From Mayamaea pseudoterrestris (Eukaryota), in assembly GCA_027923505.1 (NCBI GenBank), contig BROI01000024.1:248001-312000 (forward strand): DNA of 64,000 bases. Reading direction: 5' to 3'. Under the pieces are notes generated by a model that ran no database searches, had not been told where the DNA came from, and saw nothing but the letters and a program-made list of their open reading frames with translations. Positions 16,314 to 28,321 of this stretch are shown piece after piece (the stretch's first letter is position 1; every line of letters starts with the position of its first letter). The position numbers were made by a program, and so were the translations under genes.

Positions 16314-19300
16314 TTAACCGCCGAAACTAAGCGATTCAAGACCGACTTCCACATTTTCGTCATCAGCCAAGTGATCCGTGGCAGAGTGGAACGAGCTAAA
16401 TGACATGCTGCCGTTAGGGTCTTGTCCGCCTTCGAAACTGTGATGTGAGGAACCAGACATGGAGGCTCGCTTTGAAGTGTTGATGAAATTGTTGGCTCGC
16501 GAAATGGAAGCTTTCAATTCAGGCTGAGGCAGCGGAATTGTTTCCATTGTGTGTCGACGCTGGTTGACTGGTGCCCGCGACTTGCGTGCTTGATAAGTAG
16601 AAGGAGCGATTAGATCCGTGGCTTGTCCAATCAAGAGCTGTCTCATTAAATGTATTCGATACTCGGGCCAGCGATCCAAAGGCACGTTTCGAGCAGCAAG
16701 AATTGTCTGGCGGCGGCGACTCGCGCCTTGGGCTAGGTCAGAACGTTTCTTGTCAAGCGACGTGAACCTGGTTGCCAGGGTGGGAACCAGCCGAAGTGAC
16801 ACATCGGCGACCGCACGAACATACTCGTGAATTCGATTTGAAAGGAACGAATGCGCCCACATTGATCTGTCCAGTTGCCCAAAATGCTCTGACATGGAAC
16901 TGTTTCGGCGAAATCTACGGCTGCCCTTCTTTGACATGTCTGTCAAAATAAGGTTTGTGGTGTGCTGAAGCTCGGGGAATAGTTCCAACATGGTCGTGGT
17001 GGAATCGTCTGCCTGCTCATATTTTGTCCCTAGTTGTAATCAGAAAGACACTGTTAGTCAACATATTCAACAAAATCGTGACATGGCACAAAATGTCGTC
17101 TGGCTAAGCACTTACAGATAGTTGCAGAAAGTTCAAGCTTCTTCTTCGCTTTCGAAGATACTGCGAAACGGTGGAAGTAGCCCATTAGTCGATCGTTACT
17201 CGTTATGGCGCAAAGTCTCTCGTATACTTGTGCCCGCTCGGCCGTTTCACGTAACGCGGATCTCTTCAATTGATCTAAATCAGCATTGGCAGTCTGCATG
17301 GTCACTCCGAGCTAAGCCACAAGGTGTTAATTTCTATACAAGATAGCAGGCAAATCAATCAAGTCCATACATTCTAGCACTCACCCTATATACAAGGCAG
17401 TAGACATGTGTCTTTGTACCGAGACGTGTCGCCAACGTGAACAAGGAATTGTCAGCATGATGCTGCGCCTCATTTCGGTTATTCAAATCGGATGGCGACT
17501 GAAAATTAAACCTCTTCCAAAGCCTGCAAATTTCATCTTCAGCAATGCCCAGCTGGAGCATACCATTAAATTGGACAATAAACCAAAAGTTGGTCCTGTA
17601 CGCGATTGGAGTATGGTCTCGCTGCCACAAATAAATGATGTGCTTGCGATAGACGATTAATCGTCCATCGATGAGACTGCAAAGAAGCTTTCGGATGATA
17701 TAGCCTCGAACTACTGCCTGAAGTTTAATCATGGCTTCACGGAGTAGCATAAACACCCAGCGAGTCCTTCGACTTCTATACAGCGACTGGGAACAGAGGG
17801 CGACAAATCGAGTTCCGTGAAAATTTCGCAGAGCGCAGAAGCATCGAAACATTGATTGTATAGAACAAGCGGCATCGACTGCTGAGAGCTGCATCCTCGT
17901 CGTTTTTGAAAGGTTTTTGAGTCCAAGAGTCTCCAGGCCAGACTCAAAACTGTCACCCGCAAGCGAACCGCGGATTACCTTCTGGCGCATTTGAAAAGTG
18001 GCGAAAATCCCAATGAGAATAGACTGCTTTCGTCTAGCGTTGACGACTACCTTTTCGGCTGATGATAAAATTTCTGAGTTTCTTTTAGGCTTTCGTTTGT
18101 CTGCGTAAGGTGACGAATCTTGATTGATATATGCACTCGTCATTAAATATGAATGGAGAGAACGGTCAAGCAAGGATGGACCAGAAGAAACAGAAGGCAA
18201 GGGGGTAATTTCCGCGGGTTTTCCGTCAAATGCATTCGAAAGAGCACCCAAAGCGTTTTCAAGGCTCTTGGAACCGCGCTTGATTGCGGAGCGCATGTGT
18301 GGCCTTGAACGTAACATTGGAGCCATTGTCTGATAGTAAACGGCCTGCCCGGCTTGATGCTGAACGAGAGACGCTCGTCTACTCTGTCGCAGATTCGAGT
18401 GCCACTTCATCGGCGGTCTTATCTTACCAAATAAATTGGGCCGTAGCGCTGGCAACTTGCTGTAGGAATATCGTCGACCATCATCCGGTAAGCCCCAGTT
18501 CGAAGGTGGAGGCGGCGTGTACGTTTCCTTCACCTATGTACGGTAAGCCGACTTAGAATCAGAGTCAAGGCAGCAACCCAATTGTCTTGCCGAATAAACT
18601 TACCGAATGCGATGTATCGTCAAGAAATGCTGTGTCCTTCATGTCAGGTCGACCAAAGCTCATTAAAGCGTTCTTTTTTGAGCGGTTAATTTTGGCATTG
18701 ATTGACTCATCAAATAAAAGAACTTCAGGATCACTCCGTTCACGTCTTTCCTCTATAAACCGATGAAAGAGCTGAGTCTTGACAAAGCTATCACAGAATT
18801 CGGTGCTGCTCTCACCAAGGCATAGACTCTGAATGAAACAGGTCGCCTGAAATTCTGTTTCCTTCAAAAATGTCCTGTAGTTCTGCAAGAGCGACACGAA
18901 AAATCGGAGGAAACCTTCACGAATTCCCTGTGACGAAAACCCGTCGGGCTGTTAGCGAAGAACGATGATGCGTGAGGTCGAAAGCAAGAGTGAGATATTA
19001 TACTGAAAATGAAGGTTTTAAATATAGATGACGCACCTCATCAAGGTCAAGCAACCCTACAACCTCCGCGGATTTATCATCACGACCCACCGCGTCTAAG
19101 GACTCATGACTTTTACTTCTCGTCAGTCGTTTTAATGGTCGCAGCGATGGAGGCGTCTTTCTCTGCGAATGGTTGGCGGGCATTTCCTGAGCGTAAAGTT
19201 GGCCATGCTCTGTTAAAAAGCCCGAGGAAGGCAACTGAAGATCATTCTCTCTGTATGCTTTCTCTGTCTGCGATAGCAACTCTCTTCTTCGTATCTTCGT

Positions 19301-21354
19301 TCGCGTAGGTACTAGTTCGGTGAAACCGACGTAAGAAGGCCTTCGACTGACAGGTGGACGCTCTCCGGATCCGCATGTTACACTTCCGATACTAAGAGAA
19401 GCGGGCTGCACGTACACTGACGACGCAAACTCGACAAGCTTTGCTTTCAGCTTCGCAGCTTGTCTCTCTGGCAGGCACGGGATATCACGTGGACGGTTTT
19501 CAGAATCTTCGAATCCAAGATGAACCACGTCCGAGTCCAAGTCGACAAAAACGACGCCTCGCGGTCGATGCTCAGGCTTGACTTCGCTAAGGTATCGAGA
19601 ATGTAGACCGACGATGTATGGAACAGGCGCATCTAGAATATCCAGCATAGAATAGGGCATGATTGGCAGATACATTCCCTCCCAGTGGAACGGAAATAGC
19701 AAACTTGTTAAAGCTTCCGCGACTGGACAGAGAATCGAGTAGCATTTCGAGCACAGCGCCACTCGCATTTCTTTCAGCAGACATGCAAAAACAACCAAAA
19801 TATTTGAGCTTGATAACAAGGTGAAAAGTGGGCGAAACGAGAAGTCTGCCAATGGGAGTTCATTGGGTGCCGGGCGGTGGATTGTCCACATTTCAATAAT
19901 TTGAAGTCGTATTTGAATCTTGCCAGGCGGTGGCAGTGGAATTTCGCGCGTGAAATTCGCAATGAACCGCTCAATTGGCAAAGGTGATTCAATTTTTGTA
20001 ATCAGATAAATTTGCAACAAGAACTTTCGCCAGGAGTCGAAGAATGGGTAGTGTGAAAGAACCACCAAGCATTGAGGAAGGAATACCATATCGGAATAAC
20101 CGTTCGAGCGTTGCGACGCCTGCAACTGATCATTCTCTCCCAGCCATTTTGGTAACAGACCCTTATACTCTGAATTTTCAAGTGCTTCCTTGTAGTAGTT
20201 GATATCGCGATCGTCGTCGTAAACTCTCAACGCTCCTCCATAGAGCCGATCACCGTTCGCGGTAGTCAAGACGAATGTGAAAAAGCTTGGAGCAAGAGCA
20301 GATGAACTCCCCTTGCATCCTTCCGGAAATAGAAACGTCGATACGTGTTCTGGAAATTCGAGCCCAACATGAGCATCTTGACCAGGATAGCAGTCGCGTA
20401 CGAACGGAACCAGAAGAATGTCTTCTGGCCCTCGCGTTCTAGACAAGTCTGTAGTAGCTTGCATCGGGTCCACATAGTCTGAGCAAGCAACCACACAAAC
20501 GTAGTCCACCAGCCGGTCCGGTAGCTCCCGATTCACAGCGGCAGGATTCATAACAGCCTGAACAACCGACTCGCCATATCCCATATCAATGTCGGCTGGA
20601 GTCGTTGCATCGTCGCCCCAAAGTTCTCTCCACTCTGGATGTCGCTCTACTATCCTCGTCCATGCCTCAAACGCCTTTGGTCCTGGCTGTGGCAATACAA
20701 AGGCAAGGGCCTCATACTTGGCTCGTATAAAGACTAGCCGATCGCCAATGCTTGAAGCAAAGTTTGGTCGCTTGGACTCCCACGACGGCGGCAAATACGC
20801 CTCCAACACTTGCCACGACCTTGCGTTTCCACCCGACTTGATCAGTTGCACAATCTCCGCTTGACTCCACACGGAAACGTCTTGCACCTCGTGCACCACG
20901 GCGCAGTTGGTACCAAGCAGCTCGTGCGCCGCGGCGCATTTGGAGCAGACAAAGACGCCATGTCCACCGACGCGATGGGATGCCAGCAAGGCGGGATCTA
21001 TACAAGAGTCGTTCGTTTCGTAAAGAGTCAAGTGTCGAGTCTCCGGAACCTTTGGCAAGCCTTTTCCTCGATGGGATGATGATGATGATGGTTTGCCGCT
21101 TTCATGCAGTGCTGCATGCTGGTTGCCATGTAGGTTGTAGTCGCAGTGGCTGACAGAGGCGTGAATCTGCGACGAGTCGACCAAGGTGGCGCGGCAGTCG
21201 GCGCAGGAACGATTCGAGCTCACAGCTAGCAGCTTGGTGAGTGTCTTGGCGATGGAAAGGATCGGTTGTTGTTGCTGATGCTCGTCTTGCCGCCGCCGAC
21301 GACGCTGCATACTCGACATTGGTTCGGGCAGCAGCGAGGAGGAGGATTCCATGA
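16314..21354 (-). CDS. ArfGAP-like + DENN (uDENN/cDENN/dDENN) + IQ-motif protein; 5 exons (~21354-19037, 18948-18604, 18533-17385, 17311-17116, 17029-16314)
   Basis: CADC...CSKC zinc finger and FIRAKYE; DENN motifs FLFPEG, FVLTTANGDRLYG, LSHYPFF, LLFPFHW, LDAPVPYIVG, FVKTQLF; IQ-like IQSMFR and LQAVVRG. Four canonical GT-AG introns join the track ORFs in frame. Confidence 0.82.
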
Positions 21355-21616
21355 TGGAGATGCTTCTGGCCACAGCTGAGTTCAAGTAGACAGGTGTCTT
21401 ATAATGGTAGGTGGATTCTATTCTCCGATTCTCGAATCTGTCCCTTCGCTGTGACAATTGTCATTCCAACGGGTCGTCGTCAATCGTCGCCCGATGGCGC
21501 GCCGATCCAAGGAGAACCGATGCGACGTCAAGATACCATCCTTTCGGTACTCATGGTTCGCTCCGTCGCTTTTCCTTCTCTCACAAAATCGACAATGCGA
21601 CAATCTCACCACAAAC

Positions 21617-23002
21617 ATGTCTGATGCGAAGCAACGCGACGACAATGCTGCAATGGCACTCAGCAATCATATTCACTGGGAATGCTCTCATGGACTTTCA
21701 ACAAGATCCATGCTCATGGCATTGATTCAAATCATGCGGCAGGTCGATCCGTCCGTCACGTCACTGGAGCCGATTGTCACAAGCCTTCAAGCGCATCTGT
21801 TCAGCATTTTCACAAATCTTGGCTTGACGGGTACTATACTTGAAATAAAGCTTGATTCTTTCATGCGAGACATCACAAGCGTCCAAGTTGTTCTTGATCA
21901 TGATGCGATTACTAGAGTCGACGAGCAAGGAAACTTTTCTGATCGCTTTGCAAACACTCTTCGTACAGATCCACACATTTCACTTTCAACATCTCTCGCT
22001 GCTACATCCATCTTGCAGGAGTATCATGAAGCTAGAAAATATTCTGCGGATGAAGCGTTGGCCATGGAGCATGTTCGATCGGAAATTGCCTGCGCCGTTG
22101 AATGCGTTGCCTTGCTTTGGTGCATGGAACGATTGTCAGTCCGATCCATTAGCTACAGTCCCTTGCCGCTTTCATCGAGCATGCTTACGGATGAATCGTC
22201 GCGAGCCAGACTGTATCAAAACATGACAATTGTTCCATTCTCTAGTGACGGCGCTGTCGTGGAGGATGTGGCGGCCATTTTGCTCAAGACCATGACGCGG
22301 TCGACTGGGAACGAACCTTTTGCAATGCAGCTATTGGCAGTCGCCAAGGGAACGGACGAGTCATTATCGGCTACTTTATCAACGAGTGCAATACTAGGAA
22401 AGCTGCCTGTAAACAAACCGGACGACATGGAGACGAGCATGAACATGGCTGGACAACAAGTGCAACCATCACAAACGTTAGCAACATCATCGCAGTGGAA
22501 TGCGGATCAAATGGTGCTCCTTGAAAGCAACATTGACGACATGACGGCTGAGCATCTTTCCTTTTGCGTGGAACGGATGTTGCACGCTGGAGCTGCCGAT
22601 GCATGGACAACGCCAATATTGATGAAGAAGAGTCGACCAGCCGTTACTATCCATTGTCTCTGTCATGCAAGTCATCGCGACGAGCTGCTGGTGGAGATGT
22701 TTCGGCATTCAACGACACTTGGTGTGAGAGTGCAGCTCATTGACCGAGCTATTCTGCGACGAGACTTGCTTGAAATTGAAACGGAATGGACCAATACATC
22801 GAACAAAGGTCGAGTCAGGGTCAAAGTAGGCTACCTTGGTGACGAAGTTGTTTCCATCAAGCCCGAGTTTGATCACTGTCGCGTCATATCGGCGGAAACT
22901 GGCGTAACGATCCAAGCAGTTGCTGAGCAAGCCAAGCGAAAAGCCCAGCAGCAGCTAGATGAAGAGTTGGAAGTGCTGGTGGAGCTGAGCGAGGGTACCT
23001 AA
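21617..23002 (+). CDS. larC: LarC-like protein (nickel-pincer cofactor nickel insertase family)
   Basis: C-terminal LESNIDDM..E...GA.DAWTTPILMKKSRPA...HSTTLGVR...KPEFDHC is typical of LarC; the N-terminal half is divergent. Confidence 0.8.
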   Translation: MSDAKQRDDNAAMALSNHIHWECSHGLSTRSMLMALIQIMRQVDPSVTSLEPIVTSLQAHLFSIFTNLGLTGTILEIKLDSFMRDITSVQVVLDHDAITRVDEQGNFSDRFANTLRTDPHISLSTSLAATSILQEYHEARKYSADEALAMEHVRSEIACAVECVALLWCMERLSVRSISYSPLPLSSSMLTDESSRARLYQNMTIVPFSSDGAVVEDVAAILLKTMTRSTGNEPFAMQLLAVAKGTDESLSATLSTSAILGKLPVNKPDDMETSMNMAGQQVQPSQTLATSSQWNADQMVLLESNIDDMTAEHLSFCVERMLHAGAADAWTTPILMKKSRPAVTIHCLCHASHRDELLVEMFRHSTTLGVRVQLIDRAILRRDLLEIETEWTNTSNKGRVRVKVGYLGDEVVSIKPEFDHCRVISAETGVTIQAVAEQAKRKAQQQLDEELEVLVELSEGT

Positions 23003-23024
23003 TAGACATGACATACTGTACATT

Positions 23025-25348
23025 TTATTTTGTTACATTGTTTGTAACATTATTCGAAACAGATTGCAAGGCACTGACAGAAGAAGCTGTAGCGTTCGCT
23101 TCTTCCCATACGATATGAGACACGGAGCATGCCTTGTCCAAGGACATAATGCGTTGGTTGATCACTCTAATTTGCACTTCCAGACCAATTTTGGCGTCGC
23201 GGACTCGATCCTTCTCCGTCTCTGGTGGCGGCAAGAGACCCGATGGAAGGGCATACTGCTCCTTGATTAAAGCTCGGGTGCTAAATACTGCTGCATCAGG
23301 AACATTTAGGTGGACGCAAATTTTCTTGCCCATGAACACCGTCTTATCAATAATTGTTGACGTCGCATTGACTCCTCCAATCATAAACAAAACATCCTGT
23401 GAAAGATCGCATGCTCCATAATCCCGCTTCTCATTGACTTCGCAAACGACAATGGAACGAAAGAATGAGGATGCAAGATCGCCGGGTCTTGGCGACAAGT
23501 TTCCGTCGTATGGCAGCAACAACCGCATCGCTTTGCTTGTAAACAAACCATAGTAGGCCTTTTTGCTGTCAATAAAGCCGAGATCACCAAAGAGTTCCAG
23601 CTTGCGCTTTGCCTTCTTTTCCTGGTCGCTCATGTCTAGCACCCAGCCACGATTGTAAAACATGTTGGATTTCGGTAGCATCACATTGACATTTTCTCCG
23701 ACGCTGCCAACCACGACAAGGCTTGACAAATCGCCCTTGACAATAGGTTCAAAGGTAGTCCGACAGTGTATTCGATTCATAGACCAGTGCACGTCATTGC
23801 CAAGCTCAGCGCTTGCTTGTCCAAAAAACATGGCAGTCCACGGTTTGGTGAGGTTTGTTTGCGTTGCTTCCACAGCCAACGGCCGAGGTAGAGATCCCGA
23901 TGGCGCTTCCAAAGGCAAACATTGCAGCAAAACACCATCATCCGCAGCCACAATTTCCAGTATACTCAAAAAGTGCATTGTCAAAATCCATGCAATAAAC
24001 TCATGCTCCTTGACACCAGGATGATGCACAACTTGCCCAGGCGCTCCGGGCGGCGCTCCAAACTTGCGCCACTCGGCAAACCCACTGGGCCGCTGACTTT
24101 GCGGCAACTCGAGAAACCAGTCGGCAGCGGCGTCCGACAAAAGCAGTAGTGGATCGTTCAAATATCGAGAATAATGTTGGAGTAACTCTCTTCGCTGCGT
24201 CGCCAGTGGCGTGTCCTTGACAATCAACATGGGGCGCTGCGGTAACTGCGTCAGCACTTGTCTTATATAAGCCTCCAGTCCTACGGGATCACCACCCGCT
24301 TCGTTCATGCCAAAGTCCCAGGAGATGACATCCGCGTCAGTGCCCATGAACTCATTCAAGCACCAGCCATAGGGAAAGCTGGGACAGCCGCCAATCGCGT
24401 GGTTCAACACTTTGAGTTGCACACCGAGTAAGAAAAAGGGTGTATGCAACAGCTGCTCCATGACAAAGGGATATGACTGCGCAAAGTAGTTGCCGCGGCC
24501 ATTGGTGACCGAATATCCGCCAAAGACGAATCGAAACGGGCGGTTGCTCACTTGAGCTTGTTTGATCCGGCAGGCCGTGTGCACAAGGCTGCTTGGAAGA
24601 TCTGGACTGTTTTGGAGATGGAATGATTCATTTCCAACGAATCGATTTAAACCATGCTCTAATATATAGCGCGCCGCATTCTCTCCTCCATACTTCTCCG
24701 CAAACTCGCTTCGTAGCGACTGCGCCGCTCGCCAAAATGTTGCCAGCTGCTGCTGCGAATTGTTGCTTGCATGTTCAGACTCGTAGGCTTGCCTCTGCTG
24801 CCATTGATATCGCTCGGCCAAGCCGTAAACATCTGTTTGACTCGACCAGTCGCTCACATTCAAATGCGCAAGAGCTTTAGGTGTTGGTTTAAGCGTCGCC
24901 GAACGTGGCTCCTGCAGTTGCAGCTTTTCATTGGCCAGCTCCTGCGCGGCTTCCTCCAGCAGTTTGTCCAATTCCGGATCATGCTCTTGCTGCTGCTGCT
25001 CGGATGGAGCATTCAAATTAAAGGCGTCATCATCAAAATCGGCAGTCTCATTGACTGGATAAACGCGCCAATAGGTAGTATGCAATGCAAAGGCAAACAG
25101 CAAAAGGCAGGCCAACGATGAACCAACTTTTAAGACTAGAACGAAAAAAGATGATTCTTCATCATCATTCTGTTTCCGTCGAAACCTTTTTCTATCTTGA
25201 CGCGTTTTGCTTGGTTTGGTTGCTTGTCGTGATGGCGATGTTCCAAGCGAAACATGGACTGTATTGGCGCCTAGAGTACATCGTCTGCCGTCGCATCAAC
25301 AGTTGATAATTCCTTGCGACGTCGGCGTGCGGGTGAACCTGGAACCAT
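23025..25348 (-). CDS. Type II membrane protein with SGNH/GDSL-hydrolase-like domain
   Basis: GGYSVTNG (block I), AIGG, DFGMNE, HHPG..H; N-terminal TM. Start probably ATG 25348, joined via a putative intron at 25338-25271. Confidence 0.6.
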
Positions 25349-25600
25349 GAGATTTTTCACCTTCAATCAATATAGTAGAATATAAAAGTCCAAAACTCGG
25401 GCTGTCCATGGTCGTTAAAAAATTATGGTCGGATCCGTTTTTACAATCGTTGTCCACCGGCGTCGCATATCGTACCGGTACTACATTCGAGTGATGGTAC
25501 GACGACGTCCTTCCGATGCGATGCATCGCGCACGGTTTCGGACAAAAGACGACAATTCCTTGGTGAGAGTAAACTGCTCATCCTTACCGTATCTATTAAA

Positions 25601-27817
25601 ATGAAGTCAAGCTCTGATGTTGACAAGAAAGACACGACTGATTTCAAGCAGTCCTTGGACAGTCAGCAGCAGGATGCTTCATCAATGAGTGTCGCTTTGT
25701 TTGTCTACTGGGTTCTTCCGGTGCTTTTGCTTGCCATTGTCAGTCGATACTTTGTCGATACATCCATTCGGACCATACCAGTTGATCCAAAACGAACGGC
25801 TTCACTCCATCCACCTGTTCGTGTTCCCAGCAGTCTGGCGTCCGACACTGCAAACGCGAGACCTACGAAGAAGGAACAAGTTGCTCCAACTGCCTTGTCG
25901 ACATCTCTGGCGAAACAACCCACAGCTTATCAAGACCTTGTCGAAGTTATCACAAGTAGACGCAGAAAGTCATTTCAGACGCGACGAGGAGACACTACGA
26001 AAAAGCTCTCAGCGACGGTGGAGGACTCTAACAAACCATCTCCACAACCAAATCAGCCATCCTTCAAGACTGGTCCCTCTACGGATCCACAACGGATGAG
26101 AGTCATTGAACAGATCAACAATATGCGACAAGCATACGAAAAGGATCCCTCCAACATTTACAAAGCCATGGACTATGGCGATGCTATGAGATTCTACGAC
26201 TTGCAGTATCACGACGGAGGTACTTACGAGCGCGAAGCCATTCACGTATATCAGCACGTTGTCAAACTCGGCGAAGAGCATCGGCAAGCTCTCTTGAACG
26301 CAGACAAGCCAACGACGAATCCAAATGCACTTGTACAGGATGAAGTTACCATCGAGTACAAGGAAAAGAGCGCTGATGCCTTGCTGTGCGCAATCTATGT
26401 GGCGCAAGGCAAGGTTTACTACATGGCCAACATGTTTGAAAATGCCGAAGCAAGCTACTCCAAGTGCCTTAGTATTGCTCCTGATTACTTGGATGCGCTC
26501 AATGCGCGTGGCAGTACCAACATTATTCTTGGAAAGTACTCTGACGCGGCCAAGGACTTTCAAACTGTCATTACAAAGGATACGAAGCGACTCTTTCCGG
26601 ATGCCTTTACTGGCTTGGCTCGAGTCTTGGCGTCCAAGGAGGATGCTACGGAAGCTGGATGGGATGGAGTTGTTCCTGTTGTAAAAATGCTTCTTTCAAC
26701 GCTCGATCATCAGGCGAAGCAGTATCCTCAAACCAAGACTGCCGTCGCTGGGATACTCACTCGCCTGCATCATGTTTTGTTCACGTATCATGACACTAAA
26801 ACTATGGACACGGACCAGGCGTGGGAGCATCTAACAAAAGCTTATAAGTACAAAATGTCGATACTGCCCCCTTGGGAGAAAGGTTTCGAGGTTCGGAAGG
26901 TAAACCAGTCCAAGGAAATTTTTGTCAAGGGTTTTTGGCCCCTTGGTGTCGGCAGCGAGACGAAGGTTCCTGTGTTTGTCATTGGCTTTGTGCGCAGTGG
27001 ATCAACGTTACTGGAGCGGGTGCTTGATGCTCACCCAATGATTGTTGGAACGGGCGAAAACTCCGTGTTTAATGGTCGACTGGATCACATTCGAAACAAG
27101 ATTGTGGAGACAAGTGTAAATGCCCTGTATCGGATCAATGATGTAACAAAGGAGCTTGCCGAAGAAGTGGTCAATGAGATGAAGGAGCGCTGGGAGATAT
27201 TGGAAGGAAACAAGATGCAGCTTTTAAGTGAGCCTCGCGCGACTCCCAAGCGGTTCGTTGACAAGATGCTGACGAATTACTACAACGTTGGGTTTATCCA
27301 CATGCTGTATCCCAAGGCAGTCATTCTGCATGTGTTTCGTGAGCCCATGGACACCATTTTCTCAGCGTACAAGCACGAATTTCCGCCTGGAACGCTGGAC
27401 TACACGTCAGAGTTTGACGCGCTCGCTGAGTTGTACCACGCCTATCGGGACATTATGGACCATTGGGATAATGTGCTTCCGGGCCGGGTTTTGCATGTTC
27501 GATATGAAGATATGGTGCAAGACATGCCAAACGTGGCACGTGCCGTCATTGATGCGGTGGGCCTTCCGTGGGACGAAACCGTCCTTGACTTCCACAAGAA
27601 GAAACATGCAGTGAATACGCTGTCGTCAATACAAGTACGAAAGGGAGTCTACAAGGACAGTCTTCAGTCTTGGAAAAAGTACGAGGCTCATTTGCAACCA
27701 TTGGTGGAAAAGATTGGCGAGCGAGTCAAATTTGGATTGCGGACGACCTTGCCGGACTACAAGTATGTCGCTTCTTCTGATATAGAGTCGAACTCTAATG
27801 CGAGCGATGAGTTGTAA
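25601..27817 (+). CDS. Membrane-anchored TPR + sulfotransferase (TPST/Sulfotransfer_3-like), C-terminal SDEL
   Basis: FVIGFVRSGSTLLERVLDAHP (5'-PSB loop), DKML.NY, REPMDTIFS, VRYEDMV, TLSSIQVR; TPR repeats; N-terminal TM. Confidence 0.88.
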   Translation: MKSSSDVDKKDTTDFKQSLDSQQQDASSMSVALFVYWVLPVLLLAIVSRYFVDTSIRTIPVDPKRTASLHPPVRVPSSLASDTANARPTKKEQVAPTALSTSLAKQPTAYQDLVEVITSRRRKSFQTRRGDTTKKLSATVEDSNKPSPQPNQPSFKTGPSTDPQRMRVIEQINNMRQAYEKDPSNIYKAMDYGDAMRFYDLQYHDGGTYEREAIHVYQHVVKLGEEHRQALLNADKPTTNPNALVQDEVTIEYKEKSADALLCAIYVAQGKVYYMANMFENAEASYSKCLSIAPDYLDALNARGSTNIILGKYSDAAKDFQTVITKDTKRLFPDAFTGLARVLASKEDATEAGWDGVVPVVKMLLSTLDHQAKQYPQTKTAVAGILTRLHHVLFTYHDTKTMDTDQAWEHLTKAYKYKMSILPPWEKGFEVRKVNQSKEIFVKGFWPLGVGSETKVPVFVIGFVRSGSTLLERVLDAHPMIVGTGENSVFNGRLDHIRNKIVETSVNALYRINDVTKELAEEVVNEMKERWEILEGNKMQLLSEPRATPKRFVDKMLTNYYNVGFIHMLYPKAVILHVFREPMDTIFSAYKHEFPPGTLDYTSEFDALAELYHAYRDIMDHWDNVLPGRVLHVRYEDMVQDMPNVARAVIDAVGLPWDETVLDFHKKKHAVNTLSSIQVRKGVYKDSLQSWKKYEAHLQPLVEKIGERVKFGLRTTLPDYKYVASSDIESNSNASDEL

Positions 27818-28321
27818 GATCGATAATGCTCCTCATTATTGGCAGTGAGGCATTATCAGTGAGCGTATGCCGCTACATACTGTTTGTGCTTGCAGGCAGC
27901 ATGGTCGAATCCATACACCGAAAAAATGAGATTGTTAACTAGCGCTATAATACCAAAATAACCAACTCCGTAACGTTATTCCGCCCTCAGTTTCAACTAA
28001 CTATAATAGATCGACAAGCAATCACCTTTCCCTTTCTACAGAGTACGTCGTACCGGTATTGGATAAAAACGTCGTAGTGGTTTAAAAGCGCAGGATCGCG
28101 TCGTGCCATGGAGCTTGTTCGCCGATCGCCTTCATTCAAGTACATGATCACTATCATCTGGCAAAAGGGAGACGGAACGTTTGGCATATTATAGCAGCGA
28201 CGACGATCCGAACGCATGATTCGCGTCGGCAGACCAACGAGGGATATTGACTTGTTCATCTGATTTCGTTCATCGCAGCTCTCGTTGTTGCTCTTGCCAT
28301 CACTTGCGCACCTTCGTCATC

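Noticed and set aside
27840..27930. tRNA-like 'ggtcgaatcc' motif
   Set aside because: No cloverleaf or acceptor stem could be built
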